From contig OX597821.1 in NCBI GenBank assembly GCA_951406725.2, forward strand, positions 95,170,001 through 95,234,000: a DNA stretch of 64,000 bases. The letters run 5' to 3'. Every line of letters starts with the position of its first letter. Positions within the stretch are counted from its first letter, which is position 1. The DNA comes from Octopus vulgaris (lineage: Eukaryota). Below are positions 28,803 to 43,502 of this stretch, in pieces. The position numbers and the translations under genes were made by a program. The notes under the pieces are model-generated. The model had not been told where the DNA came from, did not search any database, and was given only the letters and a program-made list of their open reading frames with translations.

Positions 28803-28812
28803 CATTATTAAT

Positions 28813-29022
28813 ATTTCAAATTTTTGCCACGAGGGCAGCTTGGGAGAGGTGGGGATGAGTCGATTACATTGACCCCCAGTGCTTTACTGGTACTTATTTT
28901 ATCGATTCCGAAGGATGAAAAGGAAAGTCGCCCCCTGCGGAATTTGAACTCAGAATGAAAAGACGGACGAAATGCCGCTAAGCATTTTGCCCGGAATGCT
29001 AACGATACTGCCAGCGCGCCGC
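28813..29022 (-). mobile_element. SINE B'
   Basis: Matches 5580-5782. Confidence 0.75.
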
Positions 29023-29027
29023 TTTAG

Positions 29028-29028
29028 C

Positions 29029-29090
<62 letters not shown>

Positions 29091-29110
29091 TAACAATAAT
29101 AATAATAATA

Positions 29111-29147
<37 letters not shown>

Positions 29148-29153
29148 CGACGA

Positions 29154-29195
<42 letters not shown>

Positions 29196-29199
29196 CGAC

Positions 29200-29250
<51 letters not shown>

Positions 29251-29294
29251 AATGATGATGATGATGTTGATGATGGTGATGATGGCGATGATGG

Positions 29295-29336
<42 letters not shown>

Positions 29337-29343
29337 CTATGAC

Positions 29344-29390
<47 letters not shown>

Positions 29391-29440
29391 CGATGATGAT
29401 GATGATATCAACAATAATAATGTTAATGATAATAATATGG
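29028..29440. repeat. (AAT)n(GAT/GAC)n compound microsatellite
   Basis: Read directly from the sequence. Confidence 0.95.
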
Positions 29441-30094
29441 TATGATTTAGTATTGAACTAAGACCTCTATGAAATCTATAAAAAGGCCTGGGAAAATCCC
29501 TCGTGTTGCCTTCATACAAGGGATGAAGGGTGACTGGGATCTAAAATATCTCCAACTCCAACCTCAGTGCCAAACAATTATTTGAACAAGCAGCCTTCGT
29601 AGAAAAAAAAATTTACTGCAATCCCTGCCGTTCATCAAAATCGCTCTTTAAATTAATGTCAGACCAGACCAGTGAATTTTGTTCGTGAGAAGGCCGTAAA
29701 CAGCTCAAACTGCATTTGATGCGGTAACAATTAAACTAAGATGAGCACGCTGTCACTATATGAACAAATAGTAATTGATTATGAATAAACAGTAATAACG
29801 AAGAAAGAGTATGAACAACTTGTTGGCGCATTACTCCGCTTGACAGCGGGTTAAACAAGCTGGCTATACAGATATAAATGGCGCTACACAACGTTAAGAT
29901 TCAGACACGTGACCTCATCTCTTCCTCTTTTCTGCACTGACACGCAAGCTATGAGGACGCAACATGATTGGCTCTATCTTATGTCACAGGTCAGCTTGCA
30001 GATAGGAACATAGCACAGAAGACCATGGCCCTTACATACCAACCATATTATTTATCATTCCATTGTGTATGTATTATCTCCTTTCTAATCAAGT

Positions 30095-30425
30095 AGGCAC
30101 ATGCATGACTATGTAGTTAGGAAACTCGCTATGCAACCACGTGGTTTCGGGTTCATTCAACCAATGCCTTGTAGATGGAAACTGTGTAGAAGCCCGTCGT
30201 GTGTGTGTGTGTGCCCCTACCACCATTACTGCTTAACAACCAATGCTAGTTTATTTATATCCCCTAACTTTACAGTTTGGCAAAACAGTCCGATAGAGTA
30301 AGTATCAAGTTTTAAAACAATAAGTACTGGGATCGATTCGTTCGATTAAACTCTCTTCAAGATGGTACTTCAACATGGCCGTAGTCCAATGATTAAAACA
30401 GGTAAAATTATAGAGTAAAAGATAA
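30095..30425 (+). mobile_element. Old degenerate SINE A
   Basis: Recognisable head, GGAAACTG..GAAGCCCGTCGT and tail. Confidence 0.65.
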
Positions 30426-30927
30426 AATATACAAAGGAATGTAAACTAGGGAGCTAAGATTACTTCTCGTCTCAACATACAGTTACGTATGCAATACATG
30501 TTAATCAGTGGGTGCAACTCGTTGATGATTGAATCATAGCCAATCAATCAAATATCTTCTTTGGGGGTGGGTAATGTAGTCTTGGATATTTCTGTGTGCA
30601 GCAGCAGCAGCACTGTACGAAATACCTCTGCAGTACTTGATTGAATTTTGTTCGTCTTTCTTGAACGTTTTTTGAAGGTGAGCAACTAATTACATCTGTA
30701 ATATTTTCTGGCCTTGAAGAGAAAATCTAGTTTTCATTGATCTGTTCATGAGGGCAGTGTAGTAATCTAGGAAGAAATGTTTGAGTTGCTAGTGGGAAAA
30801 GCTTAAGTGAGTAAATGTAAGGAAGAATGAGGATAATTCTATGCCTTTTTCCAAAGCGTATATATTGGCTTCAAATTTTGGCACAAGGCCAGTAAATCAA
30901 CCTGAAAGCGTACGTATTAATGTATAT

Positions 30928-31157
30928 ATTTCTTTACTGCCCACAAGGGGCTAAACATAGAGGGGACAAACAAGGACAGACAAACGGATTAAGTCGATTA
31001 CATCGACCCCAGTGCGTAACTGGTACTTTATTTATCGACCCTGAAAGGATGAAAGGCAAAGTCGACCTCGGCGGAATTTGAACTCAGAACGTAACGGCAT
31101 ACGAAATACGGCTACGCATTTCGCCCGGCGTGCTAACGTTTCTGCCTGCTCACCGCC
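30928..31157 (-). mobile_element. SINE family B
   Basis: Full length, with TACGTATTAATGTATA duplicated near both flanks. Confidence 0.88.
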
Positions 31158-31619
31158 TTTATATATAGTATATCTATACGTATTAATGTATAGTATATCT
31201 TGTATGTACAGTTAGACGTACAATTGCAACAGTTGAGTTTAGCGCTTCATGTAGATTTTGATCGTCTAGTTCGCTTCCAGTGTTTTTGATTTGGTTACTA
31301 CTATACTTAGTTATACAACAAATGTGGGAGAAATTATTATAAACACATTTTTTTTCATTTGTTTCCTACGTTCGTTTCACCGTTGTGGTGTCTGGAATCA
31401 CTGCATTGGATGTTACAAGTCCATTTGGATGCTGTACCCCAACGGATCAGGGGAACACTTTTATTGCATTATGTTATAGGGAGTAAAACGTCTCTTTTGT
31501 TGTAACGTAATGCAATGATATGTTCCCCTGTTGATCCGTTGTGTATCCCATTGCACTTGAAACAACCAGTGCTGAGGGTCCAGAAATATGTAGGGAACAA
31601 ATGGTCTATGTCTGTCATA

Positions 31620-31860
31620 ATTGTGTGTGTGTGTGTCTGTGTGTGCCTGTGTTTGTCCCCCCACCATCGCTTGACAACCAATGCTGGTGTGTTTACGTCT
31701 CCGTAGCTTAGTGGTTCGGCAAAAGACAACGATAGAATAAGTACTAGGCTTACAAAGAATAAGTCCTGGGATCGATCTGTTCGACGAAAAGGCAGTGCTC
31801 CAGCATAGCCGCAGTCAAATGACTGAAACAAATAAAAGAATGAAAGAAAGAATAAAAGAA
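31620..31860 (+). mobile_element. 5'-truncated SINE A
   Basis: 3' half only. Confidence 0.85.
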
Positions 31861-32554
31861 TATATAGGAAATAGTGGCACAAGGTACCAATTTTTAAGGA
31901 AATAGCAGTCGATAATCGCTGGAAAATGAGATTATTGGTTTGTAAAAATATTGATATATATATATATACATATATATATATAGTTTGGCTCAGAGGTGTA
32001 TTACACGAGGTCCCATGAAACATTCCTGATAGTTCGAGCGCTTACTTCTGAGTACTAATTCAGTCACAGTTTCTAAATAATGCTGATCGGCTGGTGATCG
32101 AAGCTCGTTCGCATTGGTCAGTTCGGATCATGTATTAGAGTCGTTGTTTCACCGACAGCCGCTGTCTCATGTTCAATTGGATGCAATCTTAGCCGGATGA
32201 AAAGGGGGAGCTTACTTTTCTTTTAGTTTGATATTCCAGAGAAATTTCAATTTTCTTCAACGCCAACAAGGAATTCTGTTGATGGTAGCAAAAATGATAG
32301 AATTTTTATTAAAGGATACAGCGAGGTTTTGCAATACGTGAAGCAAGGATTCTGCAATGGTATTAAAGACTTAAAATTAGATAAAGGAAAGCCCTGTTAA
32401 TGACAGCAACATGACGGTTCAGTTTTCTTGTTAAGGGGTACAATAGATTGGTGCAATATGCACAGATTCTCATGGAAACAAAGGTGATAGTTGCACATTC
32501 AAGATAGAAAAGTCAAGATAGAAAATGCTAAAATAATTTTATAAAAAAACATTT

Positions 32555-32591
32555 CAGTACCGGTTTCAGTCATTGAGACTTTTTTCAACCG
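32555..32591 (-). ncRNA. Minimal type-I hammerhead-like motif, U3-A8 core
   Basis: Minus strand: cgg-TTGAAAA-a-agtc(tcaat)gact-GAAA-ccgg-TA-ctg. Confidence 0.45.
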
Positions 32592-33700
32592 TAAATTAAA
32601 CAATTAAATTTTGGAAAAATTGAAAGGAAAGTTTTTTAAAAGAATATTTGCATAGTGTTCAAATACAAGTGGCATTTTCCATGTTTCTGCCTGTTTCTCT
32701 CTCTCTTGTTTCGAGGTCATATATATATATATATATATATATATAACTGAGATTCAGTTGAATTAGGTACTTAAGAATGTTCCATTTTTTACTGAGCATC
32801 GCTCTTCTCTGAACCCGGAATCTCCAGATAAAACAATGCATAGAGCGGAATCTTTCTGTCTTGGAGCCATCCCGAAGAAGTTCATATTAAATGAGTAAAG
32901 CTTCACATTGGAGCCATTAGATGTATGACCCGAATAATTCCTCTGCATGCCATCAAGTGAGGTGTTTTTTCTTTCCTATCATATGCATGATTTTCTGGGC
33001 GACATCGGGAACGATGTTGTCAGGCAAGAGAAACCGATTTTAACATTGTAAGCATTAAAAAGCGTGTGATATTTATATGTATTTGTGAAATGTTGACGAC
33101 TTAGAAATAAAAGGTTTCTGGTTATGTTCATGCAGACATCTAAATTGAATAACGGAGTGAATCAAGGTTATTTTCCTGTTTTCAACTCTCTTTGGGGTGG
33201 GGCTTGAAATACACTAACTTTTCATTAAATTGCTCCTTGCTGTAGAAATGAGTTGCGACGTCACAGATGCCAAGCTGTATCGGCCCTTGCCTTTCCCTTG
33301 GACAACATCGGTGACGTGGAGAGGGGAGGCCGGTATGCATGGGCGACTGCTGGCCTTCCATAAAAACAACCTTGCCCAGACTTGTGCCTCAGAGGGTAAC
33401 TCTCTAGGTGCAAACCCATGGTCAGTGTCTGACCGAAGGGGGTCACCATGTATGCGTGTATGTATGTATATCTCACTGTTTTGTAGAACAGCTCTACCGA
33501 AGATACCTATATCCGAGGAAAAATTGAAGATTCTTCTACTGATGTCGGCTACTAAGTTCCTAATTATAACAAAAGGTGATCGGAATTCCGATGAACATAC
33601 ACGGTTTCTATGTTAAGCTTTTTACATGGAAAATATTTGTCTGCCTTGAGATCTAATGTAAGAAGTTGATTGCTTAGGTTAGTAGTAATATTTATACCAT

Positions 33701-34085
33701 GGAGGCGCAATGGCCCGGTGGTTAGGGCAGCGGACTCGCGGTCATAGGATTGCGGTTTCGATTCCCAGACCGGGCGTTGTGAGTGTTTATTGAGCGAAAA
33801 CACCTAAAAAAGCTCCACGAGGCTCCGGCAGGGGATGGTGGTGATCCCTGCTGAACTCTTTCACCACAACTTTCTCTCACTCTTACTTCCTGTTTCTGTT
33901 GTACCTGTATTTCAAGGGGCCGGCCTTGTCACTCTCTGTGTCACGCTGAATATCCCCGAGAACTACGTTAAGAGTGCACGTGTCTGTGGAGTGCTCAGCC
34001 ACTTACACGTTAATTTCACGAGCAGGCTGTTCCGTTGATTCGGATCAACCGGAACCCTCATCGTCGTAACCGACGGAGTGCTTCC
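33701..34085 (+). mobile_element. SINE family C
   Basis: Full length. TSD TAATATTTATACCA. Confidence 0.9.
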
Positions 34086-34648
34086 TAATATTTATACCAA
34101 ACTTTTTGAAGATATCATTAATTATGTTTTCCACATCTATCCATATTGAGGCTGCTCAAATTGCTTGAAATTTCCATGACATCATCTTTAAACAAGCCCT
34201 AGCTGTGAAGTCGCACTTCTTAAGTGTGTCTTGAACGAATAATCCAATTAGATCTACTTCAGCCCCGATATGGTTTCTCAAGGAAACGTGAAACAAGTAT
34301 TCCTTTTCTTTTTTTATCTAATGGACGTCGTTATTATACATAAAGTAGCGTCCTATCGCTTAGACTGTTCTAATACTTAGGTCGCTAATTATTTTTACCG
34401 AAATAAAAGGTTTTCAAGACAACGGATTTTGAAAGGAAAGAGTAGAAATCAATAATATCAAACTGGGTCAATCTGCGGGTTGTTTTGTTTTCTATACAGC
34501 AGAACCAGCTGATAACGGTGGAGCTGCATGGTCCTTTGAAATTATTCCAGCAGCCCTTCTGATTCTAGAATCGATGATGTCATGGATGTGTTTACTTATT
34601 TGCATATTTCACACTTTTCATTGTGACTTCCAATTAAAATATGAATAA

Positions 34649-34942
34649 CTAGCAGTATCGCCCGGCGTTGCTCGGGTTTGTAAGGGAAATAACTATATAA
34701 GCATTTTTAGAGAGTTACTTCCCTTATATAGCCCGAGCAAAAATCATTAAAAATGCGGAAAAATGATGGTAATTTTTTTTTTAATCGTAGACTCATCGTA
34801 GACGCGCGCTAATACCATATGAATGACGACTATAAGATACCCGCTTTTGGTTAAACTGCACCGCAAAATGTGGAAGTAGTTAGGAATCTAAATCGGAGGA
34901 GATAGAGTCTCACACACACAACTTCAATTTTATATATAAAGA
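34649..34942 (-). mobile_element. Non-autonomous Helitron
   Basis: Minus strand: A|TCTTTATATAT 5' end, 3' hairpin CCCGAGCAACGCCGGG then CTAG|T. Confidence 0.75.
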
Positions 34943-35093
34943 TAGAATCGGATGGCGACAGAGAGATACGGAAATCCGACTGGATGATGTATGTTTCTAT
35001 GCTGGTTTTCTTATATGCAGTTGCGATACTGTTATACAGTCCGATGTATGTAGTGGTGTTTCTTCCATATATATATATGTAGTGGTGTTTCTT

Positions 35094-35146
<53 letters not shown>

Positions 35147-36476
35147 CTTTGTTTTAACATCAACTCAATGTATACTTTAGGAGATTACTCAGATAGTGTC
35201 ATATAATTGTGCGAAATGTTGGGGCTGTGACGGAAACTTGTCTTTTTAATCAGGCTAATTAATTTGGCTTCAGTGTTTTTTATCTAAGCCAGGGGAACAC
35301 TTCCGTTTATTTAAAGCCAAATTTATATTTGTATATACTTATGTCATTCTTCTTTGAATCTGAATAGTTTCAACAAAAAAGTCACTAATTTTTAACAAAA
35401 AAAAAAACTAAACTCCATCGATGCAATTTGGATTTTAAAAAAACGGTTAGCGTTGCGTGTTGAACTTAAGTAATATCTTTCAAATTTTTACTGTTTCGCT
35501 TTCAGATTGTATTTGTAAAGTGCATATTATCTTGTTAATTTCTTTGCCTGAAAATCCTAACTTTTCGAAATTGCCACTAAAACGTAACTAAGGTTGTTAA
35601 GTGCACTAATAGTTATTGCATAATTGTGAATTCATACATAGACCAGAAAAGCGGCAGCTGTCCGTAAAAATTCTCCATAAATAGACAAAGCAAATTTCTT
35701 CTATGACGACATACTTTTTGTTTTTCTGTCTCAAACAACTAAATCGGGGGCCTGTTATGTTTGCAGTTGGCGGAGGTCTTGATGCAAATGTTCCGCCAAT
35801 ATTCCTTGTATGCATGTATGTATATATGTACGCATGTCTGTATGTATGTACGCATGTATGTATGTATGTATGTATGTATGTATGTATGTATGTATGTATG
35901 TATGTATGTATGTATGTATATATGTATGTACGCATGTATGTATGTATGTATATATGTATGTACACATGTATGTATGTATGTATGTATGTATGTATGCATG
36001 TATGTATGTATGTATGTATGTATGTATGCATGTATGTATATATGCATGTATGTATGTATGTACGCATGTATGTATGTATGTATGTACGCATGTATGTGTG
36101 TATGTATGTGTGTATGTATGTATGTATGTATGTATGTATGTATGCATGCATGTATGTCTGTCTGACTTATGTATGCATGTATGTATGTATGTATGTATGT
36201 ATGTATGTATGTATGTATGTATGTATGCATGCATGTATGCATGTATACACAAACATATACATAAAGAAGTGTATATGACAATAGCGGAAAGACATCATTT
36301 CCTGTAAAACATTCATGTAACTATTTATTCTCCTGTCTGCCGATGCATAAATGTCCGTCTATCTACTTAACCAAGTTTCTGCTTAATTGTACCTATTTAT
36401 TTTAATCTGATAGTTTTTTTTTTTTGTTCTGTCTATGCATCTGTCTAACTGTTTATGCATTAGTTTTACATCTCAC

Positions 36477-36530
<54 letters not shown>

Positions 36531-36761
36531 CTGTGTGTGCGTGTGTGCTCATCTGTGCTTCTATTTATGTGTGTGTATTTATGAACCTATTCGTCGAATT
36601 TTGCGTATGCTTTTCTGTACCTATTTCTCTGAATATTTATGTCTCTGCCCGCCAACATGTCTACGCATATAAATAAATACAAAACACCCACATGCACCAC
36701 AGGAAACGCTCACAGATTCATACATACACGCACGCACACACAAATACGCATACATACACAT

Positions 36762-36793
<32 letters not shown>

Positions 36794-36929
36794 TTATACA
36801 TACATGTATCTGTGCGCGAATGCATATACGTATATGTGCTTGTATGTGCATGTATGGATTGCACTTTCTGTCTCTGTCTTTCTCTCTCCTCTCTCTCTCT
36901 TTCTCTCTCTCCCTATATATAATATGTAG

Positions 36930-37022
<93 letters not shown>

Positions 37023-37053
37023 CATATATACATATATACATATATATATATAC

Positions 37054-37085
<32 letters not shown>

Positions 37086-39280
37086 GATTGATTGATTGAT
37101 TGATTGATTCTAGTTTCAGCTTATGAGCTGTGGCCATGCTGGGGCACCGCCATTTTGTGTTGCTACTTGGTTTCACTTCATGGAGGCTTTCTAGCAGCTG
37201 CTATTTGGTGCATGAGTGAGTTCGATGCAGCTGCCCTCATCTGCCCCTCCTGCCGTGAAGTTGGTTCATCTGGGACACCTGACAGGAAGAGATCCAGCTT
37301 CATTTTAAAGACATCTGTATCCACCCCATGCAGGTCTCTCAGGTTCTTCGAGGAGGATATTGAAGAGCTGTGGGCCTCGGAAGCCCAGGCTATCACAGTA
37401 TCTTGTCCTACATCTTGATAGCAGGTTTGGAGTCCTAGGCACCACGCAGTGGCGCCCAGTTCTGGCATTTGCGTAACTCTCGATGCCAAAGTTCAGGACA
37501 CTTCCCTCCAGGATCTTCCAGATGTATATTATGGCATATCTTTCCCGCCTACGCTCCAGGGAATATAATTTTAATCTCTTGAGTCTTTCCCAGTAGCTTA
37601 CATTCTGCATAGAGGCTATCTTCTTTGTGTAGCTTCGTTGGATCGCCTCAAGTTCTGTGATCAACTTGACACTGGATGGTGACCATAGCTGAGAGCAATA
37701 GTCAAAGTGGCTTAGGACAAGTGTCTTCCAGAGGACCATCATGGTTTCTTGTTCTCTTGTTCTAAAGGTTCTAAGAATCCATCCAGCCAGCCGTCTACAT
37801 TTCATTGTCAGTTTAGCAACATGTACATGAAAGGTCGCGTCATCACTCATGTGAATACCCAGGTCACGCACTGATTGTGCCTCTGGGATTGCAATCCCTC
37901 CGGGTCCAGTGTATTCATTGGGTATTGCATTCAGTTTTGCATGCTGATAGTATAAAGCTTGAAACTTTCCAGCATTGAACTGCATGCTATTCTTTTCAGC
38001 CCACTTGTATATTTCGTCCAGCTCACATTGCAGGTGTTTAGTGTCCTCAGGGTTCTGTATTGCCTGTGAAACTTTTGTATCATCTGCATAACTTGTGATC
38101 GTGGCTCTCTGCGTGGCTGAGGGCATGTCTGAGAGGGCCATTATGAACAGTAGTGGTCCCAGAACAGTGCCCTGCGGAACACCGCTCACTATTTGTGTGT
38201 TAATGGAGGTGGCCCCATTGGCTACTACCACCTGACTTCTATCCTTCAGAAAGTCATGAAGCCATTCTCCCAGTTTTCCAACTATGTTGAGATCACGCAG
38301 TTTGTGACATATCATTCCATGATCGACTTTATCAAAGGCCTTTGCAAAGTCGAGATATATCACTTCCACATTTGAGTGGTTGAGCAGCCGTTTCAGCACC
38401 CAGTCATAGTGTTGTAGGAGCTGAGTTAAACAGCTTCTCCCTGGTCGGAAACCATGTTGGGTGTCGGGCAGCAAGTCATTCTCTTCAAGGAAGGTGATCA
38501 GCTTCCTTCTGACTATTCGTTCCATGACCTTGCTGATGTGTGAGGTCAGAGAGATAGGTCTATAGTTCTTGGCTTCCGCTCTGCTACCTCCTTTATGAAT
38601 GGGGCATATTTTACCTTCCTTCAGTTTTCCTGGAAGTTTGCCAGCTGCAAGGAAGCTCTGAAAGAGGAACTGCAGTGGTCTTGCTAGGACTCTCTTACAT
38701 GCTTTTAGGAGGATTGCCGGGAATCCATCGGGGCCAGTAGCTGAGTCTGTTTTCATTTCATCTATAGCCTTGGTTACATCGTCTTCCTTTATATCGATGT
38801 AATCTATCGTCGCCGCCTCTGATTTTATATCTGCAGTGGTAAAAAAGTCAGTTGGATTGGTGATTTGGAGATGCCCAAGGGTGGAGTGAAAACACTCTTG
38901 AATTGCTCATTCAGTATTTCACTTACCCTCATTGGTTTTCCTGTAAGTGTGCCATCCTTTTCGAGGAGTGGCCCTATTCTACAGTGCACTGTAGCTGTTT
39001 CTTTGGCATACCTGTAGAAAGCTCTGGGGTTAGATTTTATGTTTTCTATAGCCCAGGCTTCTTTGTCTGCTCTTTCTTTTTCATGGGAGAGTTGCAGACA
39101 TTTTTCGATTTCCAACAGTTTTATTTTTAGGCGGGACTTTTCACTGCTTTCAATCTGTTTGTTTAGGCGATTTGAAAATTTCGTACGCCGTCTCATTAAA
39201 ATTTTCCTCTCTCTGGGGATTTTGTTCTTGTGTACAGTGGCCTTTCTCTCTGGGACACATTTGTAGCATATGGCTTGCAT
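37086..39280 (-). mobile_element. 5'-truncated non-LTR retrotransposon (CR1/L2 group), frameshifted ORF2 reverse transcriptase
   Basis: ORF 37305-38756 has GPDG, NYRPISLTS, QHGFR, YLDFAKAFDKV, GVPQGTVLGPLLF, YADD and SLERRRER. (CAAT)n tail. Confidence 0.92.
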
Positions 39281-39369
39281 ATATATATATGTATATATAT
39301 ATATGTATATATGTATATATATATGTATATATGTATATATATATATGTATATATGTATATATATATATG

Positions 39370-39511
<142 letters not shown>

Positions 39512-39864
39512 TTATCATGTGCATTCTAGATACGTCTCAGAAGATAACGAACGTAAATATATTAATTGTTGTATTTCGCCTTCAGAGAATACCTTCTCCT
39601 TTTAGATGATGTGTGATGATAACACACTCGATTCACTGACGTCAAGAGACATTAAGACACCATTGTTTCTACCTGATTATATGTCTGCAATCAAACCTAC
39701 CTCCGGATCAATGAACTAACCAAGAATGGTCATTCTTATTTATAGAATGCAACAAACAAATTATTTGCTGCTATGTGCTGATGTTTGAAACGAGAAAGTG
39801 TTCTCCGAAACTATTATACATCAGTGATTAACATATTCACGTTCCAGCCTGCTGGAACGAACTG

Positions 39865-39909
<45 letters not shown>

Positions 39910-39960
39910 TTATACATATATATATATATATACTTTTATATATATATATATATATACTTT

Positions 39961-39997
<37 letters not shown>

Positions 39998-40025
39998 ATA
40001 TACATACTTTTATATATATATATAT

Positions 40026-40064
<39 letters not shown>

Positions 40065-40067
40065 ATT

Positions 40068-40181
<114 letters not shown>

Positions 40182-40184
40182 TAT

Positions 40185-40226
<42 letters not shown>

Positions 40227-40954
40227 GCACACACATATATAAATTAACACAATATATCTGATTAATAATATGGTTGTGCAGTGGTGGTGGGTGATAATAA
40301 TTCATCGTTGTAAAAGACCTGTGGCGGGAATATTTAAACTTTTGCGACTGTCAACGCTGTCTCTCTATAGATACAAACAGACTTACCGTGAGAGAGGTGG
40401 TGGGAGAAAGAGCGACAGAGAGATGGCGAAGGTGTCAAACGTCGTTATAGAGAGAACATGAAGGGAAGGGTGGAAAGAGAGTAATCGAGGAAGAGAGGGT
40501 GATATGCGAAAGGGGGAAACGACAAACACTTGTCGGAGTGTTGGTTTTGTTGCCCTAGTAACCACAGTTTTTTAGATAAGGATTTCTAACCTAGTCCACA
40601 CACTTTCTCGCCTCTTTTTACATGTCCCTGTAAATTTTGGAGTCAATCTGACCCCATTTAGTACCCCTTCACCCTTACCAATCCCCAAATCAGACAAACT
40701 TTTCGCATTTTAGCTTTATAGATATTGATAGTGGAAAACGCGTCTGGACGGATGCATTGCTTCAAATTGACAATCATTGAAATTCATTGGATAATTTCTT
40801 ATTCTCTTCTCATTTATGTAATCTTTTATTACGCTCTGTAGTCAACCAATGCTTCTTTCTGAAGCATATGTATACTGAATTCTAACACCCGCTTTTAGTA
40901 TCGCTATGCCTAAACGAAATATTAAAATATACACACACACGTGTATATATATAT

Positions 40955-41168
40955 AAAGCTAATCCAAACAAGAAAGGACAAAAAAATACAACAACGCGAG
41001 GACGTGGAACAAATATAGTATTATTGGACGCTCAGGAAAGAAGAAAAGAAGGAGGGTTTAACGTTTCGAGCGGAGCTCTTCGTCGGAAACATAGGAGAAG
41101 GAAAGATCCAAAGAAGGGAAGAGAGAGGGAAAAAAATCGCCAACGGTACACACGTGGTCACATTGTAA
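40955..41168 (-). mobile_element. Second copy of the 26405-26625 hammerhead-bearing repeat
   Basis: AATCCAAACAAGAAA..CAACAACGCGAGGACGTGGAAC terminus, also seen at ~1170 and 44250-44420. Confidence 0.7.
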
Positions 41169-41743
41169 AGCCTGTGAGTAGATTTTGTTGACGGAAACTG
41201 AAAGAAGCCCGTCATATGCTTGTCTGAGTGTGTGTGTGTATGTGTTTCTGTGTTTGTCTCCCACCACCGCTTGACAACCGGTGTTGGTGTGTTTAAGTCC
41301 CTGTAACTCAGTGGATCGGCAAAAACCGATAGAATAAATACTAGGCTTAAGAAAAAGTTTAAGTTTTGGGGTTGATTCATTTTACCAAATATTGTTTAAG
41401 GCATTGCCCCAGCGTGGTCGCAACCTAATGACTCTAATACATGATCCGAACTGACCAATGCGAACGAGCCTCGATCACCATTATTTAGAAACTATTACTG
41501 ATTCAATACTCAGAAGTCTTGTTTTTGTTCCCAACTTTGACTCTCCATAAATCCTAAATTTCATTTTAGAATTTATGGGAGCAAATGTCTTTGAAGACTC
41601 ATGTTGTCGTAGTGTGGTCAAAATGAGGAGTATATAGACAGCCGACAACTGATGAAAGGTCCTTTCTCTGCGTTTACTTGTCCTGTTTTTACATATTTCA
41701 TGTTGTTTGCACAGTTGGTGACGTAACCGTATATATATATATC

Positions 41744-41949
<206 letters not shown>

Positions 41950-41969
41950 CATATATATATATATATATA

Positions 41970-42924
<955 letters not shown>

Positions 42925-43098
42925 CAAATGAAATAAAATGAAAAACAAGACACAAAGGATGTCGCGGTACACATGTTTCGAGCTTTAAAATCGACATCCT
43001 GTTTTTCATTTTATTTAATTTGATACATATATCCTCTCAACTATGCTACTAGCTAGCATATACAGGTGCTTACATTTATCAAGTATTCACCCTGAATT

Positions 43099-43142
<44 letters not shown>

Positions 43143-43147
<5 letters not shown>

Positions 43148-43433
43148 CGTGATCACCGTGACCGACCAGGCCATCAGATGTTGTTACACATCGCTGGTCA
43201 CAATGCGCTTCGCATTGTTTTAGCCTTCAAATGACGCCACCCCGCTGGCTAAGCGAGCAGGCCAACAGAAGAAAGACTGAAAGAAAGTTGTGGCGAAAGA
43301 GTACAGCAGGGATCGCCACCCACCCCTTGCCGGAGCCTCGTGGAGCTTTTAGGTGTTTTCGCTCAATAAACACTCACAACCGCGATCCTACGACCACAAG
43401 TCTGCTGCCCTAACCACTGGGCCATTGCGCCTC

Positions 43434-43436
<3 letters not shown>
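43143..43436 (-). mobile_element. SINE with family C head and a different 3' tail (B box deleted)
   Basis: Head matches 7500-7884 minus about 20 bp. The tail ends (TCACGGTGA)n. Confidence 0.75.

Positions 43437-43502
<66 letters not shown>

Noticed and set aside
28972-29445. Poly-Asn/Asp acidic protein ORF
   Set aside because: It starts inside a SINE and consists only of (AAT)n(GAT)n.
33240-33450. GC-richer segment as a coding exon
   Set aside because: No protein motif. It looks like a retroposon 3' fragment, but it is single-copy here and so left unclassified.
41645-41682. CTGATGA flanked by gacaa/ttgtc as a complete hammerhead
   Set aside because: There is no GAAA or stem III downstream.
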